DNA of 64,000 nucleotides, from NCBI GenBank assembly GCA_031409275.1, contig JANNXA010000055.1, forward strand, positions 288,001 to 352,000. Reading direction: 5' to 3'. The notes under the pieces were generated by a model that had not been told where the DNA came from, did not search any database, and saw nothing but the letters and a program-made list of their open reading frames with translations. Positions 8,996 to 18,894 of the stretch are shown here, in pieces. Each line of letters opens with the position of its first letter. Position 1 is the stretch's first letter. Source of the stretch: Planctomycetota bacterium (GTDB taxonomy: Bacteria > Planctomycetota > B15-G4 > SIAN01). Both the position numbers and the translations under genes were made by a program.

Positions 8996-10492
8996 ATGCG
9001 CACGCTGCTGCTCCTCGTCGCGTGCGCCGCGGTGATGGTCCCGACCTTCGGCTGGCTCGCGGCCCGTTCGCGCATCGAGCCGCCAACCGACGATCGACCG
9101 CCTCCCGAGCCGCGCCTCTTCGACATGGTCCCTGCCGACCTGATGACCAAGCGCGAAGGCATGACGATCGCGCCGGGTCCCTACTGCCTGGACGGCGACC
9201 ACGCCTTGCGGGAAGGGGAGGTCGAGCGCGCCGCCGCCGCCTATGCCGCGGCGCTGCGCAGCGATCACCGCGACCGCTACGCCGCCTTGCTGATCGCCTG
9301 CCTCGCGATCGAGCGAGGCGACTGGACCGCGGTCGAAGCGGCGCTGCGCAGCGCTTCGGAACCGACGCCGCCGCTCCACTCCCCTCTGCGTTCGGTACGC
9401 GTCCTCGCCGAACTGGCGAAGGCGCACGTCGACCATCCCGACGAGCCGCTCGCCGAGCTCTACCTGCGAGCCGAGCTCGCCGCCGGACGCGAGGACTTGC
9501 GCGCGGCGCTGCTCGGGCGCGACCCGTTGCGCGAGCTGTACCGCGACCGCCTCTACGGCGCCGAACCGCGCTTCGAAGCGGCGGGCGACAGCGACGTCGC
9601 CTTGGTGATCGGCGCGGCATCGCAACCGGAACTCGAGGCGCGGGCGCGCACGGCGTTCGACGGGCCGCGCCAAGGGATCGACCACGGGCGCGACCACTTC
9701 GCGTTGATCGCGCTGGCGGAACGGGGCCGCGAGGCGGCCACTCCGCTCCTCGACGAGGCGTTGCGGCGCGCCAGCGCCAATGAGCCGCACAACTCCTATT
9801 GGGAGTGGATCCGTGCGGCGCTCCATTCGCCGATGGCGCTGGCGAGCGATCGTCCCGATGGCGCCGCCCATCCGTCGCTGGGCACCGACGACGAGCCCGA
9901 CCTGCTGCCGGGATTCGCACCCGAGTCGCTGACGGCACTCGCCGACGCCACGGCGCGGCGCGAGTGCGACGCCCATGTCGCGGAGCTGCTGCACTTTGAA
10001 GTGGCGACGCGACGTGCCGCCGGCGAGCGCTTCGCGGCGGCGCGACCTCGCTCGCCGCGCGATTCGCTCTACCTCGGTTATCCCAGGCTCGCCAAGCGGC
10101 TCGCGTATCGCGCGCTGGTGGTCGACCGCTCCCTCTCGCTGCCGACCGCGCACACGCTGGTCGCTGCCGCAGTCGCTCTGTCGCTGTTCGATGCCCGACT
10201 CGCGGCCGATCCGCGCCTGGCGCCGGCGGGCGAGGACGGCGACGAGCGCGCCTTGGCCCGCTCGCTCCTCGAAGGCGCGCGCGCGCTGGGTCTCGAAATC
10301 GAACCGCTCGCGCGTCGAATCGCGACATTCGCGCCGATGCGCCCGCTTCCCGCCGCGCATGCCGCCGCCTTCAACGACGTGTTGGTCCCGCTGCCCATCC
10401 CGCGCCTCGTCGATGAGCTCTTCGAGCGCTACGCTGCCGACCTTCCCGCCTTGGCGAACGCGCTGCAACGCGCCTCCACCCGCGGCGGCTGA
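8996..10492 (+). CDS. Hypothetical exported/membrane-anchored helical (TPR-like) protein
   Basis: Hydrophobic N-terminus MRTLLLLVACAAVMV, Ala/Leu-rich helices. Stop overlaps the pepP start (TGATG). Confidence 0.6.
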   Translation: MRTLLLLVACAAVMVPTFGWLAARSRIEPPTDDRPPPEPRLFDMVPADLMTKREGMTIAPGPYCLDGDHALREGEVERAAAAYAAALRSDHRDRYAALLIACLAIERGDWTAVEAALRSASEPTPPLHSPLRSVRVLAELAKAHVDHPDEPLAELYLRAELAAGREDLRAALLGRDPLRELYRDRLYGAEPRFEAAGDSDVALVIGAASQPELEARARTAFDGPRQGIDHGRDHFALIALAERGREAATPLLDEALRRASANEPHNSYWEWIRAALHSPMALASDRPDGAAHPSLGTDDEPDLLPGFAPESLTALADATARRECDAHVAELLHFEVATRRAAGERFAAARPRSPRDSLYLGYPRLAKRLAYRALVVDRSLSLPTAHTLVAAAVALSLFDARLAADPRLAPAGEDGDERALARSLLEGARALGLEIEPLARRIATFAPMRPLPAAHAAAFNDVLVPLPIPRLVDELFERYAADLPALANALQRASTRGG

Positions 10493-11829
10493 TGCCCTCC
10501 GCCAGGAGCTCGCCCGTGGAAGTCGCCGCCCCCCTCGAACGTCGTCGCCGACTGCTCGCCGCGATGGAGGGCGGTGTCGCGCTGATCCCGACATCGGCGC
10601 AGAAACACCGCAACGGGGACGCCGAGTACCGCTTCCGGCCCGACAGCGACTTCTGGTACCTGACCGGCTTCGCAGAGCCCGATGCGTTGCTCGTGCTGTG
10701 CAAGGGGCGGCCGGAAGGCGAGCAGATCCTCTTCCTCCAGCCGCGCCAGCGCGATCAGGAGATCTGGACCGGTCGTCGACTCGGCGTCGAACGCGCGGTC
10801 GCGGAGCTTCGCGTCGACGAAGCCCATCCGATCGGCGAGTTGCCGGCACTCCTGCCGAAGCTGCTGCGCGGCCAGGATCCGCTCTACTTCAAGACGGGAG
10901 CGCGGCCCGAACTCGACCGCCAGGTCCTTGAGCTCGTGGCGACGTTGCGCACGCGGGTGCGCGAGGGCAATCCGGCGCCGTCCCGGGTGATCGATCCGAC
11001 GCCGCTGCTGGCGGAGATGCGCCTCAAGAAGGACGCCACCGAGCTCGCCACGATGCGCGAAGCGGCGGCCATCACCGCGGCGGCCCATGTCGTCGCGATG
11101 CGGATGACGCGGCCCGGCGTGACCGAGTACGCCATCGAGGCGGCCGTCGAACACGAGTTCCGACGGCGCGGCGGCGGCGGCCCGGCCTACTCCACCATCG
11201 CCGCCGGCGGGGCCAATGCGACCATCCTGCATTACATCCAGAACGACTGCACGCTCGCGGACGGGAGCCTCTTCCTCCTCGATGCCGGCGCGGAACACTC
11301 GTGCTACGCCGCGGACGTGACGCGGACGTGGCCGGTGAACGGACGCCACTCGCCAGCGCAGCGGCGGGTGGTCGAGATCGTGCTGGAAGCGCAGCGGCGC
11401 GCGATCGACTGCGTCCAACCCGGACGCAGCTTCCAGGAGGCGCACGACGTCGCGGTTCGCGTGCTGGTCGAAGGGCTCGTGGAACTCAAGCTGCTGTCCG
11501 GCAGCGTCGACGAGGCGATCGCCACCAAGACCTTCCGCCGCTTCTACATGCATCGGACCGGCCACTGGCTCGGTCTCGACGTCCACGACGCGGGCGCCTA
11601 CTTCATCGAGCGCACCACGCAGCACCGGCTGCTCGAACCGGGCATGGTGGTCACCGTCGAACCCGGTCTCTACTTCGCCGACGACGACACGACGATCCCT
11701 GCCGAGTTCCGCGGGCTAGGCGTGCGCATCGAGGACGATGTGCTGGTCACTCCCAGTGGCAATGAAGTGCTCACCGCCGCTTGCCCGAAGTCGATCGCGG
11801 AGGTCGAGGCGATCGTCGGCAGCGGCTGA
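10492..11829 (+). CDS. pepP: Xaa-Pro aminopeptidase (aminopeptidase P, M24B)
   Basis: YRFRPDSDFWYLTGF, LLDAGAE..YAADVTRTWP, HRTGHWLGLDVHD, VTVEPGLY, GVRIEDDVLVT. Confidence 0.95.
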   Translation: MPSARSSPVEVAAPLERRRRLLAAMEGGVALIPTSAQKHRNGDAEYRFRPDSDFWYLTGFAEPDALLVLCKGRPEGEQILFLQPRQRDQEIWTGRRLGVERAVAELRVDEAHPIGELPALLPKLLRGQDPLYFKTGARPELDRQVLELVATLRTRVREGNPAPSRVIDPTPLLAEMRLKKDATELATMREAAAITAAAHVVAMRMTRPGVTEYAIEAAVEHEFRRRGGGGPAYSTIAAGGANATILHYIQNDCTLADGSLFLLDAGAEHSCYAADVTRTWPVNGRHSPAQRRVVEIVLEAQRRAIDCVQPGRSFQEAHDVAVRVLVEGLVELKLLSGSVDEAIATKTFRRFYMHRTGHWLGLDVHDAGAYFIERTTQHRLLEPGMVVTVEPGLYFADDDTTIPAEFRGLGVRIEDDVLVTPSGNEVLTAACPKSIAEVEAIVGSG

Positions 11830-11835
11830 CGCCGT

Positions 11836-12762
11836 TCACCGCCACGGCACGGGGACCACCGCCTCCGCGTAGCGCTGCGCGTGGTCCTTGAAGAGCTCGG
11901 GGTGCATGCAAGCGGCCAGCAGCTCCGCCGAGTCGACGAGGCGCGGTCCCGGGCGATTGAAGTAGCTCGATCCATCGGCGAGGTAGACGCGACCGAGCGC
12001 GCCGGCCGGCCAGCGATCGAGCGGCAGCGCGGAACGGATGAGCTCGACTTCGCGCCGCCCCTGCTCGAGCGAGAAGCCGCACGGCTTCACCACCGCCACT
12101 TCGGCGTCGAGCGCTTCGAGTTCGGCACGCGACGGCGACGGCGCGTGCTCGCCGGCGACCACTCCGACCGCCACGCCGCCGGCCGATTCGACGAGTTCCG
12201 GCATCCAGGTGCCGCCCAGCATCACCGGCGCCAGCCACTCCACGGTGACGACGCGCGGGCGCTGCCACGCCGCGCCAGCGCGTCGCTCCAATTGCTCGAG
12301 ACGCCCGCGCAGGAGCGCCGCCAGCCGCGCCGCCTCGCTCGGGAGCGAGAGCGCCGCGCCGACCGCTGCGATGTCGTCGAAGAGATGCGCAAGCCGCGTC
12401 GGCGACAGCGCGACCAGCAACACGTCACGCCCCGCCATCTCGTTCAGCGCCGCGCGCACCTCATCGAGCGCCACGGCACAGACGTCGCAGAGGTCCTGAG
12501 TGATCACGACATCGGGCGCGAGCGCGCGCAGCTTTCCTGCGTCAAGCTCGAACAGCGTCAGGCCACGCGCCGACGTCGCGCGAACCTCCGCGTCGATCGC
12601 CGCGCTCCCGGTCGCGACGACGCGTGAACGGGTGAGGCGCGGCAACCTCGTGACGACGCTCGGGTAGTCGCACTCGTGGCTGATGCCCACCAACTGATCG
12701 GCCGCGCCGAGCGCCGCGACGATCTCGGTCGCCGCCGGAAGGAGAGAGATCACTCGTGCCAT
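11836..12762 (-). CDS. BtuF-like cobalamin/Fe-siderophore binding protein (helical-backbone family), no signal peptide
   Basis: RVISLLPAATEIVAALG, VGISHECDYP, PDVVITQDLC.VC, YFNRPGPRLVDSAE. Confidence 0.8.
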   Translation of the reverse strand: MARVISLLPAATEIVAALGAADQLVGISHECDYPSVVTRLPRLTRSRVVATGSAAIDAEVRATSARGLTLFELDAGKLRALAPDVVITQDLCDVCAVALDEVRAALNEMAGRDVLLVALSPTRLAHLFDDIAAVGAALSLPSEAARLAALLRGRLEQLERRAGAAWQRPRVVTVEWLAPVMLGGTWMPELVESAGGVAVGVVAGEHAPSPSRAELEALDAEVAVVKPCGFSLEQGRREVELIRSALPLDRWPAGALGRVYLADGSSYFNRPGPRLVDSAELLAACMHPELFKDHAQRYAEAVVPVPWR

Positions 12763-12806
12763 CGAACTCCTCCCGACGACGACCGCAGATCAACCGTGCC
12801 GCGACG

Positions 12807-14126
12807 CTACTGCAACGTCACCACGATCGCCTCCGAGGTGCCGTAGAACGGCCCCGCGAAGGTCTCTGCCGTGAGCAGCTGCGCCGCGAGGTCGAGCCCG
12901 GCAAGACCCGGGTTGTCGAGCACCTCGTGGTAGGCGCCGAGCCCATCGAAGAAGAGCGGGAACGTGTTCAAGCCGACGAAATCGAGCGCGAAGAAGAGCG
13001 GAGCCGGCCAGGTCCGATTGCGCAGCGTGAGTTCGCTCGCCGCGAGGCCGTTTGAGACGTAGAGCAGCCCCACGCCGTTCGGCGTCGCCCCCACCACGTC
13101 GAAGTCGAACGGCCCGACCGCGATCGGCGACGGCGGGTTCACCACCAACTGCGGCCGCTGCGGCGTCACGATCGTCATCTCGTTCAGCGAGAAGAAGTCG
13201 CTGCGAATGGCCAGCAGGGTGCCGCCCTCGGCGGGCTGCCACGGCTCGAAGGCGCCACGCGCGCCTGGCTGCCAGCGCAGATAGAGGAACGAAGTGAACG
13301 CGCCGGCCTGTGCCAGCAGAGTCTGCGCCCCGGTCGCTGGATCGAGCGAGACCAGAGTGCCGTAGTTGGCGTCGCTGATCAGCACGTCGCCGCCGTCATC
13401 GAGCGCGAGTCCGTAGGCCCCGTCGACCACGCCGAGCAGGGTTGCCTGCGTGACGTCGAACTCGCCGGGCCCGATCGCGCTCGCGAGGTCGGCCGCATCG
13501 ACTCGCCACACCTCGGAGGCACCAGGCGGCGGCGGGAAGCTGCTGGCATCGGGCGTGCAGCAGTAGAGGTTTCCGGCGGCGTCGAACGCGAGCGGGCCCG
13601 AGGCCTCGGGCGAAGCGACGACGTCGTCGTAGCTGTCGTTGCCGAAGTCGCAAAGCGCCACGTGGGAGCCGCGAAAGAACGAGAGCGCATAGGAGACGAA
13701 GGCGCGCCCCTGCGGATCGAAGGCGAGGTCGAACGGGAACTTGATGTTGAGGACGACGCCGGCGTTCAACGTCGCCAGATCGATCGCCCAGATTTCGCTC
13801 TGGTTCGAATCGCCGAAGTAGAGCTTGCTCCCATCCGGCGAGCGGGTCAGGAACGCGCCGAACGCGAAGTTCGGCGGCGTGAAGAGCGTGCGAATGAGGC
13901 TGCCATCTTGCGGAGAAAGCTCGACGACGGCGCTGCCATCGAAGAGCGCCCAATTGCCGTTGGCCAGCACTTCGAAACCGCCGACGAAGGCGCCACCGGG
14001 CGCCACCACCACCCCATGCTGCGCAAAGCCGAGTTCGGCGCTCTGCGCAACGACGGGCGGCGCCATCGCAACGGCGCAGAGCAGCGGCGCGGCCCGCCCC
14101 ATCACGATTCCACGGAAACACTTCAT
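12807..14126 (-). CDS. Secreted beta-propeller-like protein under cobalamin riboswitch control, with C-terminal accessory domain
   Basis: Signal peptide ending VVA-Q. Blade-like repeats SPDGSKLYFGD, LAFDPQGRAFVS, LAFDAAGNLY, LALDDGGDVLISD. Confidence 0.75.
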   Translation of the reverse strand: MKCFRGIVMGRAAPLLCAVAMAPPVVAQSAELGFAQHGVVVAPGGAFVGGFEVLANGNWALFDGSAVVELSPQDGSLIRTLFTPPNFAFGAFLTRSPDGSKLYFGDSNQSEIWAIDLATLNAGVVLNIKFPFDLAFDPQGRAFVSYALSFFRGSHVALCDFGNDSYDDVVASPEASGPLAFDAAGNLYCCTPDASSFPPPPGASEVWRVDAADLASAIGPGEFDVTQATLLGVVDGAYGLALDDGGDVLISDANYGTLVSLDPATGAQTLLAQAGAFTSFLYLRWQPGARGAFEPWQPAEGGTLLAIRSDFFSLNEMTIVTPQRPQLVVNPPSPIAVGPFDFDVVGATPNGVGLLYVSNGLAASELTLRNRTWPAPLFFALDFVGLNTFPLFFDGLGAYHEVLDNPGLAGLDLAAQLLTAETFAGPFYGTSEAIVVTLQ

Positions 14127-14284
14127 GCCCATCTCCCGAGCCCGCGCGACGCCCCTTCGGCACCACGCAGGATTGCGACCGGAGATCCGGTCGCGCCTCG
14201 CTCCAGACGGGGAGGCGGAGGGCGCGACGGCACGAAGGGACGCAACGCGCGAAGTGGCGCGAAACGGCTCCAGCGGACGTCCAC
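14123..14284 (-). CDS. Putative 53-aa leader ORF between the riboswitch and the beta-propeller gene
   Basis: GGAGGAG SD 7 nt before GTG 14284, inside the hairpin GCTCCTC-GAGGG-GAGGAGC. Its TGA overlaps the downstream ATG (ATGA at 14126-14123). Confidence 0.5.
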   Translation of the reverse strand: MDVRWSRFAPLRALRPFVPSRPPPPRLERGATGSPVAILRGAEGASRGLGRWA

Positions 14285-14325
14285 GGCCCGGCTCCTCCCC
14301 TCGAGGAGCACGTGAAGGACCCAGG

Positions 14326-14553
14326 CGGTGGAACGGTCTTCTGGCTCTCGGGCGATCTACTCGTCCCGCCTTCCCAGCACGCGCAGGCAACCTTGCGATT
14401 CCTCGCAAGGGCGACGCGCGCCAGTGGCGCTCCGTGCTTCGGGATCGTGATCCCTCGGCAACGTGGACTTTCGCTCCCGATTACAGCGGCGGGGCCGCGC
14501 CGGAATTGCACCGGCTTCCCGAATTCGCACCGCGAACGGCGCGGGAACCTAGC
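14326..14553 (-). ncRNA. Cobalamin (B12) riboswitch
   Basis: Minus strand: AGGTTCCC...GGGAAGCCGGTGCAATTCCGGCGCGGCCCCGCCGCTGTAA...GCCACTG...CTGGGAAGGC...GAGCCAGAAGACC. All conserved B12-element blocks occur in order. Confidence 0.95.
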
Positions 14554-14589
14554 GGCGCCACACGCGCCGCGCAACGGGTTCGTCGCGGC

Positions 14590-16263
14590 TCAGGGCGATC
14601 GTGGCGGCGACTGGCCGAAACGCTGCGCCAACGGATGGCGCCAGCCACTTCCAAACGCCTTCGGAGTGACCTTCAGCACCGGAGCGCCTTGCTTGCGCTT
14701 GAACTCGCTCTTCAGCAGAAGACGGCGCATCTCGCGCGCGAGCGACTCGGGCGTGCCGCGCGCGACCTGCTCGGCGATCCCGCGCCGCTCGACCACGAGA
14801 TCGCGCAGTACCGGATCGAGCACCGCGTAGGGCGGCAGGCTGTCCTCGTCCTTCTGATCGGCGCGCAACTCGGCCGAAGGCGGCCGCTCGATGGTGCGCC
14901 ACGGGATCACTTCGCGCTCGCGGTTCACGTGACGCGACAACGCGAAGACCAGCGTCTTCTCGACATCCCCGATCACGGCGAGGCCGCCGTTCATGTCGCC
15001 GTAGAGCGTGCAGTAGCCGACGGCGAGCTCCGACTTGTTCCCGGTGGTCAGCAACAGGTGGCCGTGCTGGTTGGCGATCGCCATCAGCGCGGTGCCGCGC
15101 ACCCGCGCCTGGAGGTTCTCATCGGTGAGGCCGCGACCGCCGTTCTTCAGGATCGGTTCGAGCGCGCGCCGATACGACTCGACCACCGGCTCGATCGCGA
15201 CGGTTTCGAAGCCGATGCCGAGCGCGTGCGCGAGCTGGGCGGCGTCATCGTGGCTCATCGCCGCGTTGAAGCGCGACGGCAGCGCGACGCCGAGCACGTT
15301 GTCCGGCCCAAGCGCGCGCGCCGCGATCACCGCCGTCAACGCCGAGTCGATGCCGCCCGAAAGACCTAACAGCGCGCGCTGGAATCCGCATTTCTGCGCG
15401 TAGTCGCGCAGCCCCATGACCAGCGCGGCCAGCACCTGCTCGTGATCGTCGTCGGCCGCAACCGAGAGCGCCGCGTTCGCGCCCGCGCCGACTCCGTCGG
15501 GCAGATCGGCCACCAGCAGCGCTTCCTCGAAACCCGCCGCATGGGCGAGCAGCCGCCCTTCGCCATCCACCACCATGCTGTGGCCATCGAAGAGCAGCGA
15601 GTCGTTGCCGCCGACCAGATTGCAGTAGGCGACCGGCAGTCGCTGATGCCGCGCGACGGCGGCGATCATGGCGCGACGCAGCTGCGGTTTGCCGATCTCG
15701 AACGGCGATGCCGAGGCGTTCAGGATCGCATCGGCACCGAGGCGGCGCAGCTCGGAGTTCGGGTCGATCGGATAGAGGCGCCGCGGCCAGAAGCGCTCGT
15801 CGTTCCAGAGGTCTTCGCAGATCGAGACGCCGAGCCGGCGGCCGCCGAGGTCGATCACGGTGCGCGAGTCGGCCGGATCGAACCAGCGCCGTTCATCGAA
15901 GACGTCGTAGTTGGGCAGCAGCGACTTGCGAGCGGTCGCCTGCACGCGGCCATCGTGCAGGAAGGCGACGCTGTTGCTGCGGCCGAAACCGGTCGCATGC
16001 GGCGAGGCCTCGACGAAACCGACGAGCGCCGCCGGGCCGCCGCGCAACTGGCGCGCGAGCTCGTGCAGCGTCGCCTCCCCTTCGGCGACGAAGTCGCTCC
16101 ACTCCACGAGGTCCCCGGGGGAGTAGCCGCAGAGCGTCAGCTCGGGGAAGAGGACGACGTCGGCACGCTGCGCCGCGGCGCGTGCGCACCACCGTTCGAT
16201 CTTGGCGGCGTTCTGCGCATGGGCGCCGATCGTGGTGTTGATCTGGGCGAGGGCGAGTCGCAT
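14590..16263 (-). CDS. nadE: Glutamine-dependent NAD+ synthetase
   Basis: Nitrilase domain (FPELTLCGY, KSLLPNYDVFDE.RWF, ICEDLW) plus synthetase domain (LGLSGGIDS, ENLQAR, TTGNKSE.AVGYCTLYGD, PPSAEL). Confidence 0.97.
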   Translation of the reverse strand: MRLALAQINTTIGAHAQNAAKIERWCARAAAQRADVVLFPELTLCGYSPGDLVEWSDFVAEGEATLHELARQLRGGPAALVGFVEASPHATGFGRSNSVAFLHDGRVQATARKSLLPNYDVFDERRWFDPADSRTVIDLGGRRLGVSICEDLWNDERFWPRRLYPIDPNSELRRLGADAILNASASPFEIGKPQLRRAMIAAVARHQRLPVAYCNLVGGNDSLLFDGHSMVVDGEGRLLAHAAGFEEALLVADLPDGVGAGANAALSVAADDDHEQVLAALVMGLRDYAQKCGFQRALLGLSGGIDSALTAVIAARALGPDNVLGVALPSRFNAAMSHDDAAQLAHALGIGFETVAIEPVVESYRRALEPILKNGGRGLTDENLQARVRGTALMAIANQHGHLLLTTGNKSELAVGYCTLYGDMNGGLAVIGDVEKTLVFALSRHVNREREVIPWRTIERPPSAELRADQKDEDSLPPYAVLDPVLRDLVVERRGIAEQVARGTPESLAREMRRLLLKSEFKRKQGAPVLKVTPKAFGSGWRHPLAQRFGQSPPRSP

Positions 16264-16295
16264 GGCGGCAGCATGCCTGCGCCGCCCCGTCGCCG

Positions 16296-17516
16296 CTACT
16301 CGCGACGGCGCAGCAACGGCAGCGGTGCGAAACTCTCCGCGAGGAAGGCCGCTGCGTCGACCTCGAACCACTGCGCGAGCAGCGTCGCGTAGACCCGCCG
16401 GAAATCGACGCCGTACTTCACGTCGCCATCTTCGAGGTCGCGCAGATCGGGAGCGGGTCCGTGCATGCCACCCGCAACCGCTCCGCCGAGCAGCAGCAGC
16501 GGCGCCGCGGCACCGTGATCGGTCCCCTTCGAGCCGTTCTCCGCGACGCGGCGCCCGAACTCCGAGGAGACCATCACCAGGACCTCCTGTGTGGCACCGA
16601 GCGCTGCGACGTCCGCCCAGAACGCGCCGAGCGAATCGCCGAGATCGCGCAGCAGGAACGCGTGTGCATCGGCCTGGAAGGCGTGGGTGTCGTAGCCGTC
16701 CTGGCGAGCGTAGTAGGCACTGCAGTCGAGCTCGCCAGCCAGCAGCTGCGCCACCAGCTGCAACGAGCGACCCAGCGGTGTATCGGGATAGCTCGCCGTC
16801 GTGCGGCCGAGCTTCGCAGCGCGTGCCACCTGCGCCGACTGCGCGTGGGTCGCGCGCGTCGCCTCACGCAGGAAGCGGAGTGCGTCACGATCGCCCTCGC
16901 CGTTCGCGAGTTCGGCCATCGCCGCCACGCGCCCCTCCTTGCCGTCCCCCGGTCCCGAGGCAACCTCGAGGTCGGAGAAGGAGTCGACCTGAGGCGCCGG
17001 TCCGCGCGCCCCATGCAACAGCAGCGGCACGCTCCCGCCGCCCACCATCAGCGCCGGCAGTCGCCCATCGGCCACCACCTCGGGGAGTTCACCGACGCGC
17101 GCCAACCAGCCGCAGTTCGCCTGTTCCGGCGTGAGCGACGCCGTGTGCCAGATGTCGGTCGAGCGGAAGTGGCTGCGATCGGGACGCGGGTAGCCGACGC
17201 CTTGCACGATGGCGAGCTCGCCCGCCTCGAAACGTGGATGGAGCGCCGCCAGCTCGCGCCGCAAGCCGAGCCCCGGTCGCAGCGGCAGCAGCTCCTTCTC
17301 CGTGAGCCGCAGGGTCGGCCGCGCCGCGATGTACGCAGGATCGGCGAACGGCACCACGGTGTTCAGGCCGTCGTTGCCGCCCGCCAGATCGAGCAGCACC
17401 AGCCGCCGCTCGCGTCGCCCCATCCGCGCCGCGCGAGCGAAGGCGAGGCTCGGCAGCAGCGGGAGCGCCGCCACCCCGAGCGCCGTCGTCAGGAACGATC
17501 GTCGAGTCGCCATCAT
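16296..17516 (-). CDS. DUF1501 family Tat-exported protein
   Basis: TRRSFL Tat motif, LAGGNDGLNTVVP, YPRPDRSHFRS, GYDTH..Q, SEFGRRVAENGS.GTDHG. Confidence 0.9.
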   Translation of the reverse strand: MMATRRSFLTTALGVAALPLLPSLAFARAARMGRRERRLVLLDLAGGNDGLNTVVPFADPAYIAARPTLRLTEKELLPLRPGLGLRRELAALHPRFEAGELAIVQGVGYPRPDRSHFRSTDIWHTASLTPEQANCGWLARVGELPEVVADGRLPALMVGGGSVPLLLHGARGPAPQVDSFSDLEVASGPGDGKEGRVAAMAELANGEGDRDALRFLREATRATHAQSAQVARAAKLGRTTASYPDTPLGRSLQLVAQLLAGELDCSAYYARQDGYDTHAFQADAHAFLLRDLGDSLGAFWADVAALGATQEVLVMVSSEFGRRVAENGSKGTDHGAAAPLLLLGGAVAGGMHGPAPDLRDLEDGDVKYGVDFRRVYATLLAQWFEVDAAAFLAESFAPLPLLRRRE

Positions 17517-17571
17517 GGTCGTTCTCCTGCACGGCCGACCGCTTCCAGTCGAAGCGGTCGCGCCCCTCGCT

Positions 17572-18894
17572 TCACGCGATCTGCGCTTCCGGAGCCCCCA
17601 ACAACAGCTGCGCGACGCGTTGCACGCGCAACGTTCCAGCACCCGCGGCAGCGCTCGACGCGAAGTCGACGATCCGCGCGCGCGTCGTCGGATCGAGCGC
17701 GTCGTCGACCAGGATCGCTTCGAGCGTTGCCACCAGCGGCGCGCCGCCCACGCGAGCGCTCTCTCCCGCCAGCTTCTCCCAGTCGATGGTGATGCCGAGC
17801 TCGCCGCCGTAGCAGAGCTCCGCAGCGAAGCGGCCGCGCGCGAGCAGCGTGCGCGACGAGATCCAGCTGCGCCCTCCCTCCCATCCCTTCACGTTCGGCG
17901 GCGCGAAGAGTGACTGCCCCATCGCCGCCGCGGCCTCGGCGACCGCGCGATACTTGCTGCGTGCGCGCGTGCGTCGCAGCAGGCCGACGCACCATTCGAC
18001 CGGCCCGGCGATGCGCGACCGTCGAGCCGTCGTCGCGAAGAAGAGCTTCGACGCGAAGAGTCGCCGCAACGTCGTGCCGACGACCAGCTCCTCCTCGACG
18101 AGCGCGGCCGCCACCTCCGCGACCGCGGCGGCATCGGGGAGGTCCGTCACGAAGGCTCGCAAGAGCTTGCCGGCAAGGAACGGCGCGCAGGCCGCTTGGC
18201 GCGTCGCAACGTCGATCACTTCACCGCCATCGGTCAATTCGACGCCGAACAGCCTCTTGGTGCCGGTGTCGAGCGACCGCTCGTTGCGCCAGAAGAGGCC
18301 GTCGCGCACATGCCAGCCCGAGAAGGCGCGCGCCGCCTCCTGGACGTCACGCTCCGAATAGTGGCCGACGCCCAGCGAGAAGAGCTCGAGCAGCTCCCGC
18401 GCGAAGTTCTCGTTCGGGTGGCTGCGCACGTTGCTGTTGCCGTCGAGCCACACCAGCAACGCGGGGTCGCGCGCGGCCGCCTGCAGCAGTTCCCGGAAGG
18501 AGCCGCTCCCCTTCTCGCGGAAGAGCGCGTACTGCCGCCACATCCAGTCGTTCTGCTGCACCTTCACCTGGCTGGTGGCGAAGTGGTTGTGCCAGAACAG
18601 GGCGAGCTTCTCGAGCAGCGGCGCGCCGCTCTCCACCATGCGACCGAGCCACAACCCCTGCAGTCGCGGGAACTCATCGCTCTGCGAGACCGTGGGCGCC
18701 AAGGCCGCGAGCTGCGCGGCCGCCTTGCCCTCGTCGCGCGAGAAGAGGCGATCGAGCGTGGCCGGCAGTCCGGCGCTGACCGCTTCGGCGCGCTCTTCGG
18801 GCCGACTGCCAAACGCCGCGGATCGCAGCAGATGGCCGGCGGCTGCATCATCGAAGGGGCCATCGACGCCAGGTACGAACGGGGCGAGGTTCAC
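17572..18894 (-). CDS. DUF1800 family protein
   Basis: HLLRSAAFG, EKLALFWHNHFATS, NENFARELLELFSLG, PPNVKGW. Adjacent to DUF1501 as is typical. Confidence 0.9.
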   Translation of the reverse strand: MNLAPFVPGVDGPFDDAAAGHLLRSAAFGSRPEERAEAVSAGLPATLDRLFSRDEGKAAAQLAALAPTVSQSDEFPRLQGLWLGRMVESGAPLLEKLALFWHNHFATSQVKVQQNDWMWRQYALFREKGSGSFRELLQAAARDPALLVWLDGNSNVRSHPNENFARELLELFSLGVGHYSERDVQEAARAFSGWHVRDGLFWRNERSLDTGTKRLFGVELTDGGEVIDVATRQAACAPFLAGKLLRAFVTDLPDAAAVAEVAAALVEEELVVGTTLRRLFASKLFFATTARRSRIAGPVEWCVGLLRRTRARSKYRAVAEAAAAMGQSLFAPPNVKGWEGGRSWISSRTLLARGRFAAELCYGGELGITIDWEKLAGESARVGGAPLVATLEAILVDDALDPTTRARIVDFASSAAAGAGTLRVQRVAQLLLGAPEAQIA

